Below the pieces are notes generated by a model. The model was not told where the DNA came from. It did not search any database and saw only the letters and a program-made list of their open reading frames with translations. From contig JANJTJ010000002.1 of assembly GCA_024711145.1 (NCBI GenBank), forward strand, positions 31,593 to 95,592: a DNA stretch of 64,000 nucleotides. Reading direction: 5' to 3'. The position numbers and the translations under genes were made by a program. This DNA is from Balneolales bacterium. GTDB lineage: Bacteria; Bacteroidota; Rhodothermia; Balneolales; HLUCCA01. Positions 53,107-61,858 of this stretch are shown piece after piece. Each line of letters starts with the position of its first letter. Positions within the stretch are counted from its first letter, which is position 1.

Positions 53107-56051
53107 GTTCCCAAAATAGGCAACCCGATTCGGAATCGGGTGCCTTTTCCGGGCTTCGATTCCACTTCCAAAGTTCCGCCCTGGGCGAGCACCAGTTCGC
53201 GGCTGGTGTAAAGGCCCAGGCCGAACCCCTTGGTTTTGGTGGTATGGAAGGGTTGGAAGAGCTTCTTGCGGATGTATTCGGCACTCATGCCCGGCCCCGT
53301 GTCTTCCACATCGATGCGGCATACGCCGTCTCCGATGCCGGCCGATATGGTGAGCGTGCCGCCGGATCCCATGGCTTCGATGGCGTTGATCGCCAGGTTC
53401 TCCACCACACGGGCCAGGGCTTGCCGGTCGTGCAGGGCCACAAGGCCTGACCCGACCCGGTCGACCACGCGGATGTCCGAGCCCTCCGGCAGTTGCAGGC
53501 GGTCCAGCGCCTGCCGGATGCTCTGGCCCACGTCGGCCGGTATGCAGCGCACCTCGTGATGGTCGCTCTGATGGTGGAACCGCTCGATCAGGCGGGAGAG
53601 GTAGTCCAACGAGGATTCCAGGGTTTCGATGGCATCGCGCCGGAATTCGGGTTGGTCGAACCGTTTTTCGAGGTTCTTGGCCAAGAGCGACAGGGAGAAT
53701 ACCGTGTTCTTCATGTCGTGCGCGATACCGGCCCCGATGCGTTGGATGGCTTCGAACTGGCGTTGCCGGCCTTTCCGTTGCACCTCTTCGCGTACCTGGG
53801 TGATCCGGCGGCGCACGAGCAGCAGGCTTGCGATCAGGAGCAGGATGAACGCGCCCGACCGGAACCAGCCGGTCATCCAATAGGGTGGGCGGATTTCGAC
53901 CACGAACCGGGCTTCCTCGGCCGATTCCATGCCTTCGGCGTTAACGGCCTTCACCCGCATGGTATAGGTGCCCGGGGCGAGTTGGGCGTAGCGCACCGGT
54001 GTGCCCCTGTCGATTTCGGACCAGTTCGGGTCGGCACCTTCCAGCCGATATCGGAAGCGCACGCCGGCCTCATCGATGAAGGATGCGCCCAGGAAGCGGA
54101 ATTCGACCGTGCCGGATGCGGACGTGAGGGTGAAACGACCGGCTCCGGGGTCGGCGTCGGTGGTGTCCACCCGCACACCGGCTATGGAGACCCGCGGTGG
54201 CGGTGTGCCGCCCGATTCGGCCAGCAGGTCGTACAACAGCCAACCGAAGCTGCTGGCCACGTGCAGGGTGCGCCCGTCGGTATCCAGATGCAGGCGGTTG
54301 GCGGTGGCGAAATAGGGCCGGAGGGGCAATAGGGACCGGTACCGTTCCAACCGCCCCAGCCGGAACCGGTGGATCTGGGTCCGGGTTATGACCCAGAAAA
54401 CCCCGGGCTCCGATGCGGGAAAGATGCCGATCACGGCCGTCCCCACCAACCCATGGCGGGTGTCCAGGCGCTCCATGGTTCCGTTCCGGATCACGACCAG
54501 CCCGTCCGTAGTCCCGATCAGCCGCATCGAATCGGATTCGGCTACGCTGCGCACATCACCGACCTGGTAGTGGGTCACGGTGTCTGCGGCTATGCGGACG
54601 GCGCCGCGGTCGTTGGTGAGCAACCACATGGTGTTTCCCGCACGGACGATATCTTCCACGCCGAACAGGGTCGGCAAACCGGGCATGCGTAGGGTATCCA
54701 TACCGGTCGGGGTGGCGCGGAGCTGATGGGCGCCCGCCGTGGCGATCCAAACCGAGCCATCCGGTGCCCATTCCATGTCGTTCACTCCATCACCGGCCGG
54801 ATATTGGCGTCGCGCGCCCGTTCGTCCGTCCCGATAGGTCACATAGGGAAAGTGCCCCATCCAGGTCTGTTCGCCCCGTTTCAGATAGCCGCGGGGTTGG
54901 TCGATGGCCCAAATGGGCAGCAGCCGTTCCGAAGCGGGATCCAGGCGGTACACGCCGTCTTTCAGAACGGCCACCGGTCGGTCGTGGTCCATTCCGAACC
55001 GCCAGATGTGGGGGTCCTGGACGCCGGCCGAGCGGTCGATGAGGCGGGCGCCCCATTCCGGAATCTTGACCACACCGGCGCCGAACGAGGACACCCAAAC
55101 CGTGCCTTCGTAGTCTTGGAACAGGGAGGCGATGAGGACGCGGTCGGAGCGGTGGTGCAGGCGCACGGGCTCGGGCAAGCGGGTTTCCCCGTTCCATTTC
55201 AACAGGCCCTGATGGCGGGACCCCAACAACCATCCCGTTCCACCGGCCTGCCGGACGACCGCATGTTGAAGGGTCATGGTGGTGAAGGGCAGCACACGCG
55301 CCACGTGCAGGGTGTCGCCCTGTAGGCGGCCGCTGAGGATGCGCGTTGTGAGCACCAGATGGGTTTCGCCACCGGGCAGCGCCACGAGGGCCGAATAAAT
55401 GGAATAATCGCCCGGATCGACTGAAATGCCGGATACCAGGAGCGGGCGGACCCGGATGCTATCCGGATCGGAGGTATCCAACAGATGGCACCCTTGGCTG
55501 CCGCAGCTCGCGAACCGGTCCGCATCGATGGGAAGGATTTCGCCCATGTCCGTTTGCGTGACCACTTCAGCCAACCGCCGCCCATCCCATACCAGCAGGG
55601 AGTTTCGGTTGGTGAGCAACAGGCGGCCGTGCCCATCCAATCGCATGTGGCCTACGGGGGTGGTCAACCGGGCTTCCGCGGGGAAGGGGGATATGCGGCG
55701 GCCGTCCCAACGGACTGGCAGGTCGGAGCCGGCCGTGGCGATCCAGGCGGTGCCGTCGGCTTGATGGACTACCTGGTACACGAAATTGGCGGGCAACCCG
55801 TCGCGGACGGTCAAGGTGCGGAACCGGTCGCCATCGTACATGGCGACGCCTTTCTCGGTGGCGAACCACATACGTCCCAGTTGGTCCTGGGAAATGTGGG
55901 TCACATAGTCCGAAGGCAACCCGTCGGCCTGGGTGTAGGTGCGGTTGGGTACCAACTGGGCCGAAGCCGGAATTCCGGCGCCCAATACCCCCAGAACGAC
56001 GAAAAAGATGAATTTTGATGACGACGACACGCGGGAAGATAGCCGTGCCAT
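53103..56051 (-). CDS. Sensor histidine kinase with periplasmic Reg_prop beta-propeller and Y_Y_Y domains (982 aa), no receiver domain
   Basis: I take the start as ATG 56051 (MARLSSRV...). Repeats (GLPSDYVTHISQDQLGRMWFATEKGVAMYDG). Y_Y_Y domain (FRYRLEGADPNWSEI...YAQLAPGTYTMRVKAVN). One TM segment. HisKA (IAHDMKN) and HATPase_c (DTGPGM, GFGLGLY). Confidence 0.85.
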   Translation of the reverse strand: MARLSSRVSSSSKFIFFVVLGVLGAGIPASAQLVPNRTYTQADGLPSDYVTHISQDQLGRMWFATEKGVAMYDGDRFRTLTVRDGLPANFVYQVVHQADGTAWIATAGSDLPVRWDGRRISPFPAEARLTTPVGHMRLDGHGRLLLTNRNSLLVWDGRRLAEVVTQTDMGEILPIDADRFASCGSQGCHLLDTSDPDSIRVRPLLVSGISVDPGDYSIYSALVALPGGETHLVLTTRILSGRLQGDTLHVARVLPFTTMTLQHAVVRQAGGTGWLLGSRHQGLLKWNGETRLPEPVRLHHRSDRVLIASLFQDYEGTVWVSSFGAGVVKIPEWGARLIDRSAGVQDPHIWRFGMDHDRPVAVLKDGVYRLDPASERLLPIWAIDQPRGYLKRGEQTWMGHFPYVTYRDGRTGARRQYPAGDGVNDMEWAPDGSVWIATAGAHQLRATPTGMDTLRMPGLPTLFGVEDIVRAGNTMWLLTNDRGAVRIAADTVTHYQVGDVRSVAESDSMRLIGTTDGLVVIRNGTMERLDTRHGLVGTAVIGIFPASEPGVFWVITRTQIHRFRLGRLERYRSLLPLRPYFATANRLHLDTDGRTLHVASSFGWLLYDLLAESGGTPPPRVSIAGVRVDTTDADPGAGRFTLTSASGTVEFRFLGASFIDEAGVRFRYRLEGADPNWSEIDRGTPVRYAQLAPGTYTMRVKAVNAEGMESAEEARFVVEIRPPYWMTGWFRSGAFILLLIASLLLVRRRITQVREEVQRKGRQRQFEAIQRIGAGIAHDMKNTVFSLSLLAKNLEKRFDQPEFRRDAIETLESSLDYLSRLIERFHHQSDHHEVRCIPADVGQSIRQALDRLQLPEGSDIRVVDRVGSGLVALHDRQALARVVENLAINAIEAMGSGGTLTISAGIGDGVCRIDVEDTGPGMSAEYIRKKLFQPFHTTKTKGFGLGLYTSRELVLAQGGTLEVESKPGKGTRFRIGLPILGT

Positions 56052-56054
56052 GCG

Positions 56055-56062
56055 TATATTTG
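56055..56062 (+). promoter_or_regulatory. Bacteroidetes-type -7 box (TATATTTG) for tRNA-Leu
   Basis: An exact TAnnTTTG match, ending 8 nt upstream of the mature tRNA 5' end. Confidence 0.55.
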
Positions 56063-56070
56063 CAGCCCAC

Positions 56071-56152
56071 GCCGGCGTGGTGGAATTGGTAGACGCGCAC
56101 GACTCAAAATCGTGTTCCGCAAGGAGTGTCGGTTCGAGTCCGACCGCCGGTA
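56071..56152 (+). tRNA. tRNA-Leu (anticodon CAA), class II with a long variable arm
   Basis: A manual fold fits GCCGGCG-TG-GTGGAATTGGTAGACGC-G-CACGA-CTCAAAA-TCGTG-TTCCGCAAGGAGT-GTCGG-TTCGAGT-CCGAC-CGCCGGT-A. The 1:72 pair is G:U. No CCA is encoded. Confidence 0.9.
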
Positions 56153-57591
56153 CATGTAGGGTAGGAGACCACACGGTTCCCATAGACGAACCAGTGATGG
56201 TCGGCCGACCGGTGGTAGGAGTCGGCCTTTACTACCACTAGGGGCGCGCCTCCGGGGCCGTTTTCCACCATCCAATCGGATCCGTCGGTATAGACGCCGG
56301 CGAAGTCGGTATCGGGTACCCACCCTTCACCCGAAGTCATGATCCGGGATTCCCGTGTCCGGGTATCCACTATCATCAGATCCCCGGCTCCGGTTTCGAT
56401 GGTCCATAGGTGCGCACCGGCTTTGGGCCGGATGTCCGACCGGAATCGGAGGTAGCCGCTGTCCCGCGGATCGGGCAATGGGATTTCATCCCGTATGTCC
56501 CCGCTTGAGGCATCCAGTACCAGAAGGGATGCGGTGGTCAGCACGACGATGGAATCCGCTTGCAGCCGATAGTCCTGCAACCCTTCCATGTTCCGGTGCC
56601 AGACGGAATCGGACAAGTCGGCGTGGTATCGGGCCACATAGGGTGGAGTCGGGCTATCATCGGCCTTGGGACCCACAACCACCCACACGGCTCCCTCCGC
56701 AACCTGCATGGACGCGGGCATGCCGTCCAGGGGTGGAATGCCGATTCTTCCGACCAACCCACCATCTTCCAGCCGGACCGCCTGGATGGCGTCGTCCGCT
56801 ACCATATAGAAGAGGCTGTCGAGGCGGGCATAGGGAAGATTCAGGGTGCTTTCGAACTCGAACATGACCCATAGCGAGACTCCCATGGTTATGGTGCCGG
56901 TAGCCAACAGGAACGCGGTATCCACAACGGACATCGCGACGGAAGCGGGCACATCCACCCGGATGGATGACCGGATGGGCAGGTCCACGTCTTTGCGCCA
57001 ACCGGATCCGTCCCGCGGATCCAACACGTGCATTTTCGAGGTCATGAATACCCAAGTTTCCGGGTCCAGGCGGATCAGTGGCGTCAAATTGGTTGAAAAG
57101 TACCGGCTGCTCCATTTCCGCTCGCCGGTATCGGCATCGTATGCCACGACCCCATTCGTAACCAATCCCTCCTCAAACCCAACGAATAGATTGTGGACCG
57201 GGTCGTACAGGGTTTGCATGAGTTTGGGGGCGACCAGGCGCTCGCGGGTGCGCAGGTCCAACAACATGGGGTTGTTGGAATCCATACGGTACAGCTTGTC
57301 GCCGTAGCGGGTCCAGCTCCGGTGTCGCGATTCGGAATACCTAAGACTCCACCCGGTTTCTCCGGTAGTGCCGTCCACCCATTGCCAACGGTACCCACCC
57401 GAGCCGTCCTGCATGCGCACCACGATCTGCTGGTCGGTGGTGTCGGTGAGCAGGTCGGCCACCGGATGGGCGAAGGTCCAGGTGCGGACACCAGCCGAAT
57501 CGGCGGCGGTATGGGCGGGAAGGGTGGGTTGTGTGCTGGCGCATGCCGTGGCCAAGGCTACCAACACACACCAGATCGGGATGGGGTGCAT
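56104..57591 (-). CDS. Hypothetical lipoprotein (495 aa), possibly beta-propeller-like
   Basis: Lipobox (VLVALATAC|AS). I recognise no family. The last ~16 codons run antisense through tRNA-Leu, and the stop codon lies in the anticodon loop sequence. Confidence 0.55.
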   Translation of the reverse strand: MHPIPIWCVLVALATACASTQPTLPAHTAADSAGVRTWTFAHPVADLLTDTTDQQIVVRMQDGSGGYRWQWVDGTTGETGWSLRYSESRHRSWTRYGDKLYRMDSNNPMLLDLRTRERLVAPKLMQTLYDPVHNLFVGFEEGLVTNGVVAYDADTGERKWSSRYFSTNLTPLIRLDPETWVFMTSKMHVLDPRDGSGWRKDVDLPIRSSIRVDVPASVAMSVVDTAFLLATGTITMGVSLWVMFEFESTLNLPYARLDSLFYMVADDAIQAVRLEDGGLVGRIGIPPLDGMPASMQVAEGAVWVVVGPKADDSPTPPYVARYHADLSDSVWHRNMEGLQDYRLQADSIVVLTTASLLVLDASSGDIRDEIPLPDPRDSGYLRFRSDIRPKAGAHLWTIETGAGDLMIVDTRTRESRIMTSGEGWVPDTDFAGVYTDGSDWMVENGPGGAPLVVVKADSYHRSADHHWFVYGNRVVSYPTCTGGRTRTDTPCGTRF

Positions 57592-57594
57592 GGT

Positions 57595-57602
57595 TGAATA
57601 TA
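57595..57602 (-). promoter_or_regulatory. -7-like box (TATATTCA) for the lipoprotein gene
   Basis: It ends 3 nt before ATG 57591 and sits in a 30 nt divergent intergenic region. Confidence 0.3.
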
Positions 57603-57610
57603 GTATTCAC

Positions 57611-57618
57611 TAGATTTA
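57611..57618 (+). promoter_or_regulatory. -7-like box (TAGATTTA) for the DUF2177-DUF1295-epimerase-CotH string
   Basis: It ends 3 nt before ATG 57622. Confidence 0.3.
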
Positions 57619-57621
57619 CGC

Positions 57622-58023
57622 ATGCAACACCTCGTCCTCATCACATCCACCGTGGTCGCCTTCGTGGCGATCGACGCCGTCTGGCTGTCCACCATGTACC
57701 AACGGTTCTATGGCGCCCGCATAGGGCATTTGCTGGCACCGAAAGCCGATTTGGGCGCCGCAGCCGTCTTTTATGCCATCTTTCTGGCCGGACTCACCTT
57801 CTTCGTTACGGCGCCGGCCATCAACGCCGGCCATACCCTGGGCAAGGTGTTCCTGCACGGCGCGGCTTACGGCCTTGTGACCTACGCCACCTACGACCTG
57901 ACCAACCAGGCCACCTTGCGCGACTGGCCCTGGATCGTGACCCTGGTGGACCTGGCCTGGGGCGCCTTCCTGTGCGGCACCGTGAGTGTGGCGGCCGTCT
58001 GGAGCACCCGCACGTGGGGCTGA
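57622..58023 (+). CDS. DUF2177-family membrane protein
   Basis: 133 aa with 4 TM segments. AIDAVWLSTMYQRFY and YGLVTYATYDLTNQATLRDWPW resemble DUF2177. Confidence 0.6.
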   Translation: MQHLVLITSTVVAFVAIDAVWLSTMYQRFYGARIGHLLAPKADLGAAAVFYAIFLAGLTFFVTAPAINAGHTLGKVFLHGAAYGLVTYATYDLTNQATLRDWPWIVTLVDLAWGAFLCGTVSVAAVWSTRTWG

Positions 58024-58742
58024 CACTCGCCTTCATCGTCCTGTGGTCGGTGGCCGGCTTCGGCCTGAGCCGCCTGCGCCGCCGGTTGGACACGGCCGAT
58101 GCCCTCTGGGGCAGCGGCGTATCCACGTTGGCCCTGCTCCAGGTATGGGCGCATCCGGCTCCCGGCGGGTTCGCCATCCTGCTGGCCTTGCTCGTTTCCA
58201 TCTGGGGCGGCCGACTGAGCGCGCATATCTGGGAGCGCCAACGCCGCAAGCCCGAAGATCCCCGTTATGCCGCTTTCCGGCGGCATCCCTTCCTGCAGGT
58301 GCACCTGCTGCAGACGGCGCTCATGCCCATCGTGGCCTTGCCCGTGTCGGCCGCCCTGGGTCAGGTCCTGCCCACCGGCCCCTGGCCGTGGATCGGCATC
58401 GGCTTGTGGGCCTTCGGCATGGGCTATGCCACCCTCGCCGATACCCAATTGAGGCGTTTCCTGACGGATCCCGCCAACCGCGGCAGTGTGCTCGACACCG
58501 GCCTGTGGGGACTCAGCCGCCATCCCAATTATTTCGGGGAAGCCTTGGGGTGGTGGGGGCTGGGTCTGGCCTCGGCCTCTACCGGGGCCTGGTGGGCGCT
58601 CGCGTCGCCCGTGTTGGTCACCTACCTGCTCCGCTACGTCTCCGGCGTGCCCCTGCACGATCGGCGCCGGGCGGGCAATCCGGCCTATGCCCGTTATCTG
58701 GCCGAAGTTCCGGCCATGTGGCCTAGGTGGAGGCGGGCATGA
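58014..58742 (+). CDS. DUF1295 / steroid 5-alpha-reductase-like membrane protein
   Basis: GLWGLSRHPNYFGEALGWWG is the family signature. I take the start as GTG 58014, overlapping the DUF2177 stop. The longer ORF-track N-terminus is a shadow. Confidence 0.65.
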   Translation: MGLTLAFIVLWSVAGFGLSRLRRRLDTADALWGSGVSTLALLQVWAHPAPGGFAILLALLVSIWGGRLSAHIWERQRRKPEDPRYAAFRRHPFLQVHLLQTALMPIVALPVSAALGQVLPTGPWPWIGIGLWAFGMGYATLADTQLRRFLTDPANRGSVLDTGLWGLSRHPNYFGEALGWWGLGLASASTGAWWALASPVLVTYLLRYVSGVPLHDRRRAGNPAYARYLAEVPAMWPRWRRA

Positions 58743-59614
58743 ACATCATGACACTCGCCAACGCCTACCAACGCCTCGGGTTCAAAGCCCTGGGTGGCGA
58801 ATGGTGCTCCTGGCTCACCGCCGACGGCCGCGAGCGGCTCTGGCAAGGCGATCCCGCCGTCTGGGCCGGGCAGGCGCCCATCCTGTTTCCCACCGTGGGG
58901 GCATCCGCGGGCGGGGTGGTCCGCATCGGGGCTGAATCGTATCCGCATCCCAAGCACGGCCTGGTTCGGCATATGCAACCATCCGTTGTCTCCCATACGG
59001 ATACGGAACTCCTATTGAGATGGGATGATACATCCGGAACCCGTGCGGCCTATCCCTTCGCATTCCGATTCGAAGTGACCTACCGGCTCGAAGGACCCGT
59101 GTTCGTCACGGAATTCCGGGTCGTGAATACGGGAACCGACCCCTTGCCATACCAGCTCGGCGCACATCCGGCCTTCGCGCTGCCTTTGCGCGCAGGCGAC
59201 CCGCTCGAGGCCCATTTCATCGAATTCCCCGAGCCCGAAACCGCCGGCATCTACGGGGTCACCGCTGACGGCCTGCTCGAGGCCACCGCCAAGCCCTACC
59301 TGCGCGACGAGCGGCGCATCCGCCTCACGGCCGACACCTTCCGTCCCGATGCCCTCGTCTTCCGCGAGCTGCGATCCCGTTCCGTCGAAGTGGGCGCCGA
59401 CGGGCACGGCTCCCGCATCCGGGTGCGTTGGGCAGGCTTTCCCCACCTGGGCATCTGGGCCAAACCCGGCGCGGCCTACGTGTGCATCGAACCCTGGCAA
59501 GGCTGCGCCGACACGGCCGGCACCACACCCGACATCACCCGCAAAACCGGAATCATCCTTTTACAATCCGGCGCCGATCGCGTGCATCGGGTGGAGGTGG
59601 AATTTCTACCTTGA
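58739..59614 (+). CDS. Aldose 1-epimerase family protein
   Basis: ILFPTVG...HG..R and YQLGAHPAF, with a galactose-mutarotase-like layout. Its ATGA overlaps the preceding stop. Confidence 0.7.
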   Translation: MNIMTLANAYQRLGFKALGGEWCSWLTADGRERLWQGDPAVWAGQAPILFPTVGASAGGVVRIGAESYPHPKHGLVRHMQPSVVSHTDTELLLRWDDTSGTRAAYPFAFRFEVTYRLEGPVFVTEFRVVNTGTDPLPYQLGAHPAFALPLRAGDPLEAHFIEFPEPETAGIYGVTADGLLEATAKPYLRDERRIRLTADTFRPDALVFRELRSRSVEVGADGHGSRIRVRWAGFPHLGIWAKPGAAYVCIEPWQGCADTAGTTPDITRKTGIILLQSGADRVHRVEVEFLP

Positions 59615-59617
59615 GGC

Positions 59618-61852
59618 ATGCGCCTCATCATCCTATGCCTGCTGGCCTTCGGGTCGGCCGCTCCGCTCGCCGCCCAGTCCGTCGCCTTCAGCCATGAGCG
59701 CGGTTTCCATACCGTACCCTTCGAGTTGGTGCTCACGGCCGATGCCGGCACCGAGATCCGATACACGTTGGATGGTTCGGTACCTACGGCCACTTCCCGC
59801 TTGTACGCGGCGCCCTTGCCCATAGCGGACCGTACGCCCGCACCGAACTCGCTATCCACCATTTCGGATGTGAGCACGTCCTACGCCCCCTGGGCCGCAC
59901 CCCGCGGGCAGGTGTTCAAGGGCACCGTGGTGCGTGCCGCCGGGTTCGCGGCCGGCGAACGGGTCACACCTGTGGCCACACGCACGTTTTTCGTACACCC
60001 CGACGGCGACAACCGCTACCGGCTGCCGGTCATTTCCCTGGTAACCGATTCCCTGCATCTGTTCGACCACGAATCGGGCATTTATGTGAACGGGAAGATC
60101 TATGCCGATTGGAGGGCCGCCAATCCCACCGCCACCGAAACCGGAGACACGCCCACCAATTTCGCGCAGACCGGCGAAGCCTGGGAGCGTCCCCTGCATA
60201 TCGAACTCTTCGAGGATGACGGCAGCCTCGGGTTCGCACAGGACGCCGGCGTGCGCATGCACGGGTCCTGGGCCCGCGCCTTCCGCCAGAAAACCTGGCG
60301 CCTGTACGCCAAAAACGATTACGGTCCCAGTTGGTTCGATTACCAGCTCTTTCCCGATAAGGACCTCACCCGGTACAAACGGTTCATCCTGCGCAATTCC
60401 GGCCAGGATTGGACCAAAACCATGCTGCGCGACGGATTCATGCAGCGCCTGGTGCAGGATCTGAACTTCGACACCCAGTTCTACCGCCCGGTGGTGGTAT
60501 TCGTGAACGGGGAATTCTGGGGCATCCACAACATCCGCGACCGCTACGACGACTACTACATCGAAACCCACTACGGGGTGCCCCGCAACCAGATCGATTT
60601 CCTGGAGCTTGACGCCGTGGTGCAGGAAGGGGAGGCCACCCATTACAACGAGATGATCGTGTTCCTGCGGTTCAACGCCCTCAATTCGCCCCAACGCCTG
60701 GCCCAGCTCCGAACCATGATGGACACGGAGAACTACGGCGAATATGCCATGTCCCAGATCTATTTCAACAACCGGGACTGGCCCCACAACAACATCGATT
60801 ACTGGCGCAAGCGCACCAGCACCTACCTGCCCGACGCCCCCTACGGGCACGACGGTCGCTGGCGTTGGATGATGAAAGACACCGATTTCGGGTTCGGATG
60901 GAATATGGGCAGCGATGCATGGAAACACGACATGCTCGGGTTCGCCCTCATCGCCACCGGCGATCGGGAATGGTCCACCCTCATCCTGCGGTCCATGCTG
61001 GCCAATCCGGATTACCGCACCTGGTTCCTCACCCGGTTCACCGATCTGCTGAACACCCATTTCGTGGCCGAACGGGTAGGGGCCGAGCTCGAAGCCCGGG
61101 TGGCCCATATCGAACCCCACATGGCCGAGCATCTGGACCGCTGGGGCTACAACAACGACCGTTGGGCCACGCCGCGCAACACCACCGACTGGCAGGCCAA
61201 TCTGGATCTGATGCGGCATTTCGCGAGTGTGAGGGCCGACACCCTGCTCGGGTTCATCAATCAGCGCTACAATCTGGGCGGCAAGGTGCGGGTGTCGGTG
61301 GAACGTCCCGATGCGGCCGCCGGGCATATCCTGTTCAACACCGTGGCCCTCACCGACAGCACCCCGGGTGTGGCCGCCCAAGGCGGCACCTGGGAAGGCA
61401 CCTGGTTCCGGAATCTGGACCTGACCGCAACCGCCGTGCCCGCTCCGGGCTGGGAGTTCGCCGGGTGGACCGGAACCGTGGTGAGTGAGGACGCGACCAT
61501 CGTCCTGCGTCCCACGGGTACCACCTTGCTGGTGCCCGTATTCGTGCCTACCGAAACCGGCACCGAAACGACACGGGACGAACCCGGCGACTCCTTCGCG
61601 TTGATCGGGGCCTATCCCAATCCGTTCAATCCGTCAACGGTCATCAGATATCGTTTGTCGGAAAACGGACCTACCAGACTGGCCATCCACGATCTGCTGG
61701 GTAGGGAGGTGGCGGTGCTGGCGGACGGGTGGTTGCCCGCCGGTGAACATGCTACCCGTTTCGAAGCGGCGGGGTTGGCCAGCGGGGTGTACCTGGTACG
61801 CCTCGTGGCGGGTGGGGAAATCCACACCCACCGCATCACCCTGCTGCGCTGA
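59618..61852 (+). CDS. CotH kinase-family protein with N-terminal chitobiase/Fn3-associated domain and T9SS type-A C-terminal domain (744 aa)
   Basis: Signal peptide (APLAA|Q). EIRYTLDGSVPT. CotH core (RLYAKNDYG, ILRNSGQDW, NGEFWGIHNIRDRYDD). C-terminal domain YPNPFNPSTVIRYRL...DLLGREVAVLADG...ASGVYLVRL. Confidence 0.8.
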   Translation: MRLIILCLLAFGSAAPLAAQSVAFSHERGFHTVPFELVLTADAGTEIRYTLDGSVPTATSRLYAAPLPIADRTPAPNSLSTISDVSTSYAPWAAPRGQVFKGTVVRAAGFAAGERVTPVATRTFFVHPDGDNRYRLPVISLVTDSLHLFDHESGIYVNGKIYADWRAANPTATETGDTPTNFAQTGEAWERPLHIELFEDDGSLGFAQDAGVRMHGSWARAFRQKTWRLYAKNDYGPSWFDYQLFPDKDLTRYKRFILRNSGQDWTKTMLRDGFMQRLVQDLNFDTQFYRPVVVFVNGEFWGIHNIRDRYDDYYIETHYGVPRNQIDFLELDAVVQEGEATHYNEMIVFLRFNALNSPQRLAQLRTMMDTENYGEYAMSQIYFNNRDWPHNNIDYWRKRTSTYLPDAPYGHDGRWRWMMKDTDFGFGWNMGSDAWKHDMLGFALIATGDREWSTLILRSMLANPDYRTWFLTRFTDLLNTHFVAERVGAELEARVAHIEPHMAEHLDRWGYNNDRWATPRNTTDWQANLDLMRHFASVRADTLLGFINQRYNLGGKVRVSVERPDAAAGHILFNTVALTDSTPGVAAQGGTWEGTWFRNLDLTATAVPAPGWEFAGWTGTVVSEDATIVLRPTGTTLLVPVFVPTETGTETTRDEPGDSFALIGAYPNPFNPSTVIRYRLSENGPTRLAIHDLLGREVAVLADGWLPAGEHATRFEAAGLASGVYLVRLVAGGEIHTHRITLLR

Positions 61853-61858
61853 GGAGGT

